Assembly: GCA_964016885.1 (NCBI GenBank)
Contig: OZ024746.1
Span: 87,668,001 to 87,732,000 of the forward strand
Direction of reading: 5' to 3'
DNA length: 64,000 nt
Origin: Eledone cirrhosa
Taxonomy: Eukaryota
Shown here: positions 55,201 to 64,000 of the stretch, one piece after another
Layout: each line of letters opens with the position of its first letter
Position numbering within the stretch: the first letter of the stretch is position 1
Position numbers and translations under genes: made by a program
Notes under the pieces: model-generated
Told to the model about the DNA's origin: nothing
Database searches by the model: none
Seen by the model: only the letters and a program-made list of their open reading frames with translations

Positions 55201-58200
55201 CATAATTTCAACGGCAGCATTATTAACAAAATGTCGGATTTTGATATAAGCAAAACAAAATAAAAAAAAGAGCATTTGAGAAACCTCTCTGCAACAGCTG
55301 CAACAAAAGAAACAAGAATAATGAGGATATGAACACTAAACTATTGAAAAACAACGAAAATAATAGACTGTAAATAACATTTTGAGCAGCGATGATAACA
55401 AAAGCAACAACGAAAGCAATAATAATAATAATGCCAGTAGTATCAAAAGTATATTCACTACAAAATGTAACGAGAGCAGCAATAGCAGCATCAAGAGTAG
55501 TAGAACTGCATCACTTGAGCAGAAAGCACCAATATATGCAAGATCTTCATGAGCAGCATTAATAGAAATAGGTATGACAACAGCTGCATCAATATTAACG
55601 AGATGCTGAGCAATTAGAATCTCAACAGAGATGGTTACAGCTGCGAGGAAATCAGCAAAACCATCATCATCTACAAATATATCTCAACTGCCGGTAGATT
55701 GTAGACTTGTTAGTGCAATCGGTAAAATGTCTTTCAGGATTTAGTCTCAGCCATTTACGTTCTGAGTTCAATTCCCACCTATATCAACTTTGGTTTTTCA
55801 TTCGACCGGTACCGATTCTATAGTTTTAGTCAAGTTCTATATGGAATTACAATATAAAACTAGGATTATCAACAAACTCCTCATATCCATACCACTAAGT
55901 CTTTGTTATAGAGTCAATTATTATATTTAGTGATGTTTATCCCCGATCTCTGCAATTTCAGTTAAAATCCTTAGAAGGTCAATAAACTGAAAGCGCAGTC
56001 CATGATGGTGGATTGGTGACACTGGAAGAGCGTCGGATAACATTTATTGTGGTATTTACAACGGAGATTTGCATTCTGAGTCAAAACCTCTCTCGTGTTT
56101 AAAACTCAATGATGGTCAGCACTAACCTCCTGATGACAGGGACATAGGTAACTATGAAAGTTGCAGTGTGTAGGGGAGTAGAATGATTAATTGCTCCTGG
56201 AATCCAATCAGAAAATTAGAATACCATTTTAACATCATAAATAATTCTTCCCTGAAAATTGGAATTATGTCTCCCTTAAAACCCACCCAATTGATATTAA
56301 GATTAAAATAATGTTAACCAAAATATATATGATTGTAGATATATCAGCATGCCCATAAATATGACAACATTGATAACAGTATATTAAGCAATAACGAAAA
56401 GAACAACAGCTGCATTAACTAAAAATAACACTGATGTTTTCAGTGTGCTGCCCACTCAAAGATTGTAAAAAAAATAAATGATAATATCTAGAAAAAAACT
56501 AAAGCGCTACTTACTAGAGTCTCATTAGCTAAGTAGCCAGATATTTCATCTAGTTGAGAAGGGACAATCTACGTAATAAAACGGCCTGCCGGAAATAGCA
56601 ACCAAATCACTATCAAATAAACTTTAATATATTTTTAATAGGACGCATTGTATAATGTAATATATGCCTGAAAAAAGGTTTGGAATATTCCATGAACTTC
56701 TTTGGTTATTTGTCTATCTAATTGCGACCGCACCGAGGCTAGGGGAATCTAGGTAGATATTTTACCTCGATAGAATAACAGCTAAATTACAGTAGACCAA
56801 CATTCTACTGACTCCGGAAATTGGACACATTGATATTTATAATCTATACCAAATGCGTGCAAGTTATGATCTCATTTTCTTTACCTAGAAAAAAATTAAG
56901 TGATTGTTGCTATTGTAAGGCGATTGTCCATTGGCTTGTTTGACCTAGGCTGAACCAGGGCTAAGAAACAATAATGTTAAATATTGCTATCAAAATATTG
57001 CTACAATTATTAGGCAAGCCATTGCAGGAAAAGCAATATATCCCACTGCAAAACTACAAACCACAATATAAAAGTATAAATGTTGAAGTATTTTAGATGT
57101 GAATTGTAGTGAATTGAGAAAACTTGGATTAATGGAGATCAGATAAATAATTAACAAACAAAACCTACCTTTAGGGCAGTTTAGAATCTAAATCGGACGA
57201 GTGATTAAAAAGTGGAAAACTGATAAGATTATTTGGGCTAATCTGTTGGGCAATAGTGATTCTGGAGATGGAAATGTAACTAGTATAACAGAATAATTAA
57301 TGGAAAATACTCATTGAATACTGCCGCACAAAAAAGATTAATAGCAAATAAAATTTGCATATTAATGTCTTAGTGAGCCAGGTAATATTAATTAATTAAA
57401 TTTACATCCTTAGTGATTAAAATAAAATCTGTTATGCAAATCATTGATTTTGATTAAGAAAGTGGGTGAAGGCAAGCCGGAATTTAAATATATTGAAATA
57501 AATTATTAAGAGAATGCACTAGAGTATAGGACTCTTATTTGCGAAGCTTATTCTGAAGATAGCGGCAGATTAACATTTAATGTCCTGTACCACATGAAAA
57601 CACATATTTTACATAACAACACCTTAACTTCATCATTTAAATATACATAGTATGACCTCTAATACTGCCAATTTTTTACATTATGTCTCCCAGAAAAGAT
57701 GTTTATACAATTGAAATTAAATGCATTTTTAATTATGTTTAATTGTTAAATACGCTAATACATTAGAGATAACATTATTGGTTTCTGGTAAGTTCGACTG
57801 CAGATTAGTGTCCACAACTATATAGATTCATAGCATATGTAGAACACTGATTATCGAGATCAAATGTTGTCGTTGGACGACTCTATTTGGGCTGACGTTT
57901 AATAAAATTATCAGTCAAATCTCCTTACCTACAAAGTATATTACAATATATATTGCTAGATATACCTGAAAAAATAACGCTCTATCAGGCCTCATCAAGG
58001 GCTGAAGGGTTCTATGAAAGTGCTTGATTTATTAGAAGTGTCAATCAAATATTTTGCAAAACAGTAGGGACGCAAATGATAATATAATGTTAAATATATT
58101 GTTAAAATCTGAAATTTCGTATAGTCACAGAAATATATTTCGTGCTAGGGTTACTGGAATATGATGATCAAGTGTTAATCAATGTTAACAAGATCAACAA

Positions 58201-58271
58201 AAGGCGTAGGGAGAATCACAATTACATCCACAGACTCTACATTATCAGCATCAATTGCATATTCAACAACA

Positions 58272-58460
58272 TAATTGTTTCTAATTTTGGCACAAGGCCA
58301 GCAATAACCAGTGCATTACTGGTACTTTATTTTATCGACCCCGTAAGGATGAAAGGCAAAGTTAACCTCGGCAGGATTTGAACTCAGAATGGCAAGGGCC
58401 GTAACTCTATGCGTCAAAACATGGCGTCCCGCCCTCTACCGATACTGCCAATCCGCCGCC
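58272..58460 (-). mobile_element. Full-length SINE with TSD
   Basis: Family match; TSD atattcMacaacataat. Confidence 0.93.
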
Positions 58461-58873
58461 CAATATTCCACAACATAATGACACTTGGTGTGCAAATGCG
58501 TGAACTTTTAAATGGTTGCACGCTCTACTGAAATTAGCACTAAGTCTTCCAGAAACAACACCCACATTTCTTTATTTCATTTTAGAATATACTTTGAATA
58601 TAGTGGTAGAGAATACTGCCAGAATATAAATTAAAAATATGCTGGTCAGAGATTGAAAACATTCGATTATAAGCCAACGCAACATTGTAGCCTGGGGTTA
58701 AACAGCAAAAATAGAAACATAAATAATGAAGGCAACAGTAGTAGCAGCAGTAGTAAAATCAGCAACAGCAGCAACAACAGAAGCAACAGAAGCAGCAACA
58801 GTAACAACATACATTTCGTTAAAAACAATAAAATTATGAACATCAACTATAGCTACAGCAGCTGGACCATTGT

Positions 58874-58874
<1 letters not shown>

Positions 58875-58918
<44 letters not shown>

Positions 58919-58923
58919 ATAGC

Positions 58924-58954
<31 letters not shown>

Positions 58955-59311
58955 TGATGAGGAGAAGGAGGAGGCGGTGGAATAGGGGTGGTGACACAAT
59001 AAGCCGGGAATGGGAGAAAGTGTATGTCAAGAAATTTGTAAGAATGAGAGAAGGAGAAATGAGACGAATTAACCGAAAAATAGAGCCAAGCATATTATTT
59101 GTTAGTGCGTCTAAGTGCTTGCCTAAGACAGTCTAGTGACTACTACTACTACTACCACTACTACTACTACAACTACTACTACTACCACTACTACTACTTC
59201 GGTTTGCTGCTGATTTTGACGATGTTGATGATGATGATGATGTAGACGATGATGATGATGATGATAATGATAATAATATTACTATTGCTGCTGCTGCTGT
59301 TGATGCTACTA

Positions 59312-59371
<60 letters not shown>

Positions 59372-59420
59372 TTACTACTACTACTACTACTATTACTACT
59401 ACTACTACTACTACTACTAA
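58875..59420. repeat. (TAG)n followed by (CTA)n/(GAT)n tracts
   Basis: Direct reading. Confidence 0.95.
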
Positions 59421-60369
59421 CAACGCTAGTGTAGCTGCATATGCTCCACTATACAATCAGTGAAATAATTATTAGCAGCTGTGCAGCCGCCGGCTAAAAA
59501 GTTAAATTATTTACTTAATAGACTACAACAGGGTTACATACAACTCAGACAATAGTAAATATGATGCAGCATTCATGACTTTCCCAAGGACAAAAATCAA
59601 ATAATGTTAAACGAATTGGCTAATTTATTTTATACTTACGGATTGCATTATCGGTTTCCTATAACTTAGTACAAAAACGGAATTCTGTGACGTCCGGAGG
59701 GGCTACAGTCGTTTGAATTAATCTCAGTGTGCGTTAATAGTAAAGTGACATAAATATACGTGATGTGTTAAGTCAAGGAATTCTAATTAATTATATTGGG
59801 TCGACAAGTATGAAATTTGTAGGAATTTTTTTTTTTTTTCTTATAAATGTCTGCACGTTTCATACTTGACGACCTAATATTTCAAGGTTTAGTGGAGAAA
59901 AGAATAACTTTGTAAATGACAAATTTTGTTGAGATATGACTTTATTCGACCTCTTCATATAACACGCTATTATATTGGAATGAATATAACAGCGAAGCCC
60001 CTTGCTAAGACACCCACTGAAATAAAAGAAACTTTATGGACTTTGATATCAGATTTGTCTTCTATTATTACAATCCATCCACGTTAACTTTACTTTCATC
60101 CTTTCATAAAGGATGAAAATAACGTGTAAGCAGTGATTGATGTATTTGCCTGAATTGTTACAGCGTTAGACAAGATACTTCGCAGTATTCATCCCGAACA
60201 TTCCCATTCTGAATGGTGGTGGGCTTAAATCAGCACCTAATACTTGGTTGTCCTTAGCGGAGCGCACTGTTATCAGTATATGAGCTAGGCAACCGCTTCG
60301 ATTATAACTTCCTCCCACTCTTTCTACAAATCACAGATAGCCTTTTTTCTGGCTAAACGGGAACGTAAT

Positions 60370-60752
60370 ATTGATTTCTAATTTAGGTACATGGTTAGCA
60401 AATTTGAAGGAAGAGAATGTTGATTAAATCAACACTAATACTTTACTTTATCAAATGGAACGAAAAGATGATCTTAGAGGTATTTGGACTCAGAATGCAA
60501 ATAACATGAAGTAATACCACATAAACATTTTACCCGACGCGCTAACAATTCTACCAACCCGCTACAATAACTGTTTCTACTATTGGCACAAGGCCAGCAA
60601 TTATCCACTACATTACTGGTACTTTATTTGTTCGACCCCGTAAGGATGAAAGGCAAAGTTAACCTCGGTGGGATTTAAACTCTAACCATAAAGGGGCGTA
60701 ACTCTTTGATGCAAAGCATGGCGTCAGACCCTCTACCGATACTGCCAATCCA
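60370..60752 (-). mobile_element. Old SINE (60370-60562) with an adjacent young SINE (60567-60752)
   Basis: Family matches; young copy has TSD ctacaataac. Confidence 0.85.
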
Positions 60753-61359
60753 CTACAATAACGCAAATTAAAACTAAAATCTCCACTTAAGTTTCTAATT
60801 AACATTTTTTTTTTCAAAATTGCAGTGTCAAACAGTTCATGAATTTTTAGTAGTTCTTATTTGCAGTAATACAATAAAAACTACACACTTATAACTTTCA
60901 TATATGTAAACTTCAGCGAAATATAATTACCGGAAAACTTAGAATGACTAATCAGGTATATATGACGCCTGGGGCGTTATCAATGAACTGATCATTGAAG
61001 AAATATCTAACTGGAAAGCCTTCTTCATGAAATATTCGCTGGAAAATAGGCTCTGTTGATTACATAACCCAAGATACGTTAATTAAAATTTCTAAGTTTA
61101 CGACGAGGTTACACACATTTCAAAGTTCACGCACAGAGTCAAATATATATATATATTTAAGAGTTATGTTTCTTCTTTGTGATGCATTTATGTTTCGCTA
61201 TACAGCTTAAACCGTATAATCTATCATTTGCCTCGCTTGTTTTATACGAATTAGTGGACATGTGTTTTTGAATTGGTGACGTTGATTGAATATGTGAATA
61301 TTTTGCTTATGCTTAATCTGAAACTTTTGACTACATCTGTACCACGGTATCTTTATTTG

Positions 61360-61420
<61 letters not shown>

Positions 61421-61441
61421 ATTATATATATATATATATAC

Positions 61442-61500
<59 letters not shown>

Positions 61501-61669
61501 ATTTTGTCGAGCTTTTACATGTCGAGTGAATCTGGCTGCTACTTTTAGTAACCTACGTGTTACTAGACCCGCTAAGCACGGAATACCATGTGCTTTTTTT
61601 TTGCACATAAAAGACGCGTATCATATATTCTTCTAAGATATTTAGGAGTGAAGGTATTTCTAATCTATG

Positions 61670-61731
61670 CATCCACTGAAGAGCAATCTCCACTTAATTG
61701 CGAAACAGTTCTACCAATGACTATGGGGATG
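61670..61731 (+). ncRNA. Degenerate hammerhead motif in a (TA)n-flanked insert
   Basis: CATCCA-CTGAAGA-GCAAT..ATTGC-GAAA; stem III imperfect; GGATG closes stem I. Confidence 0.55.
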
Positions 61732-62019
61732 TTGATAGTTATCATAATTCGGTTTGTAATTCTTGATTTATCCTTTTAATTGAGTCTAGCAAACCGTATT
61801 ATCCTTAGTTAGTATTTTCCTCACCCTAGCGGTTTTCGTCCCTTTGGATTTGAACGCATATATTTATATATCTATATTTGTCTCTCTTTATTATATTTTA
61901 TTATCTTTATTATATTTTATTATAAGGCTCGGAAAATGTTTCCTTGAGCTATTTTAATTATAAGGGACTATTGTGATTTTTTAACTCAATATATCCTTTT
62001 GATACATATATATATATAA

Positions 62020-62680
62020 TCATCATTATTTTAGGTCCACTTGTTGCTACTTGCAAGGATGGGACGTGTGCTATTCTGCACAGTATCTCTCCACTTGTCA
62101 CGGTCCTTCGTCATCTCCTCCGTGAGCTTCAGCGATCTGAAGTCTACTCTCACCATCTCCGCCAATGAACTTCGTGGTCTTCGTGGACTGCGTCTTCCTT
62201 CTACTGGGGTTTCTTGGCACTTCTTTACCCACCGATAGTCGTCTCTCCCACACACTAAAACTTATTCCTCTTATCCACAGTTTCTCTTTCAACTCATCTA
62301 TGCTTGGTTGTTCACGCATATTGACATTGCACATCGAACGGAGCATGCTTGCTTCATCTCTCTCCAGCCGTCGCAAATCCTCTGCAGTTGCTGCCCATAT
62401 CTCATTACCATGCAGCATCGTGCATCTCACAAAGGTATCATATAATCGACCTTTCGTACACAGGGACGAACCCTTCTTTGCCAACAGAGGAAGCAGCTCC
62501 CTAAACTTCTTCCAACCCGTCCTTATTTTAGAGACTATGGCCTCGGAACAGCCCCTCCCTTGCTAATCTGAGCACTTAGGCACCGGAAGATATCAACCAC
62601 TTCTATAGAACCTACCTGCATTTGAAAAATGTGTCTATGACTATGACTTCTACTGTCAAATTTTTCTGTACATCTACAGC
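62020..62680 (-). mobile_element. RTE-clade LINE 3' fragment
   Basis: IRTGWKKFRELLPLL, KGRLYDTFVRCTMLHGNEIWA, ERRL, WVKKC..VEGRR..RRPR..W. Confidence 0.88.
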
Positions 62681-62777
62681 ATATGTAGTTATATATATAT
62701 ACATATATATATACACGTGTGTGTGTGTGGGGAGGTCTGGGTATGTGTGTAAGTGTGTGTGTGGAGGGGGGGGTATG

Positions 62778-62810
<33 letters not shown>

Positions 62811-64000
62811 GTGTGCATGTATATATATATATATATATATATATAGATAGATATATAGTGGGTTGCAAAACAAATTGATGGTAGTTTAATTTATTCAAGA
62901 AGAGAGGTCGTTCTAACTTCATCCCAGATATAATTTTAAAAGAAAAATAAGGCGAATATAAATGTATGACCCTGCGTCTTATTGTGATTTCATATTTCAT
63001 CTACGGGTATATCATTAATATTTTTATATTTGTAGGCTACTTGTCTATTTATTAATGGAATTTCACCACACACGTCTCCAATTTCTTCAACGTAAAGCAT
63101 GAAAGTGAAACGGAAATGTTTCGACTGTTGGGATTTCATATTACTCCTATTGGTATGTCGTTAAGGTTATTTCATGAAGTTACCCACGCATATGAGTGCA
63201 TGAATCGTGTAATTGTGTGTGCCAATATATTAATCTATTTTAATGTTTCAAAATCAATATCTTCCCCGTGGTGCAAGACTGTTTTCTGAAGGATGTTGAA
63301 TGTTTAATCATGTTCGTGGTACAGGGATAGAAAGAAAGAAAAAATGAAAATAGAGAAGGAAGAAAAGATATAAAGAAATAAAACAGAATACTGAATTAAT
63401 GAAAGAAAGAAGGAGATAAACCAAACAATTCTCAACTAATTACAGAGCTATTTACTCAACGAAGTAGAATATGTGCCTTATTAAACATACACATGAAAAT
63501 AATAATCACATTTTATCGCGATACACTCATTCTCGTGGCTTTATTTATTTAAAAACACCCAGTTAGTATTTATTCCCTGATGCGAAAGAGTAATATTGGA
63601 GCTTGTTAAAAGCAGCGTATTCATAAGAAGCTGTAAGTTGCTTGTTACCATCGTTTTATTAAAACGGGATAAAGCTAATGTGAAACGGCTATAGCCGGTG
63701 TGGTTTATCCGAACTATCATAATATTTATCTTTAAAAGATAATATTGTAGTTGAACGTCAGTGTCTGTTTCCACAACAACAAATACATGTATAAACAAGT
63801 AAATATTTCGTCTTGCACAAATGTCATTCAGTTGAACGAGCAACTGGCATCTTATAGGTCCATCATATAAAGGTTGCTGAACGTTCCTGAAGCCGAAGAT
63901 GTATGAGTCGTTGCACTCGCACACGTACGCAAATATACACAATTATATATATGACACATAATGCAAGTAGGAAGTAACTGTATGATTGTATTGTACACAC

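Noticed and set aside
54861-55275. Poly-Met/Asp/His/Ser ORFs
   Set aside because: Trinucleotide repeats that are open in several frames; no domain or splice support.
56126-56177. CTGATGA...GAAA spacing
   Set aside because: Stems II and III are not supported; likely chance.
58653-59456. Poly-Leu/Ser/Val ORFs
   Set aside because: (TAG)n/(CTA)n repeats.
63541-63942. 133-aa minus-strand ORF
   Set aside because: No recognisable motif and no convincing exon structure.

Overview
AT-rich, microsatellite-saturated animal genomic DNA (intergenic or intronic). The SINE family and repeat landscape suggest a coleoid cephalopod such as octopus; this is an inference. No intact host gene is supportable. 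Recognisable coding sequence is all decayed retroelement: Penelope-like (RT + GIY-YIG), an R4/Dong-like RLE element, Tx1/L1-type elements, CRE and RTE fragments. There are also three non-autonomous Helitrons and more than 12 copies of one tRNA-derived SINE. The strongest unexplained structure is a set of short non-coding inserts between (TA)n tracts. Most carry minimal type I hammerhead ribozyme motifs (stem I-CUGANGA-stem II-GAAA-palindromic stem III-UA-stem I), in at least six sequence-unrelated families. Several are fold-backs with one ribozyme on each strand and an unpaired tail on one side only. One insert with the same architecture carries a tRNA-like cloverleaf instead of a canonical hammerhead. 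All coordinates were read by eye and may be off by a few bases.
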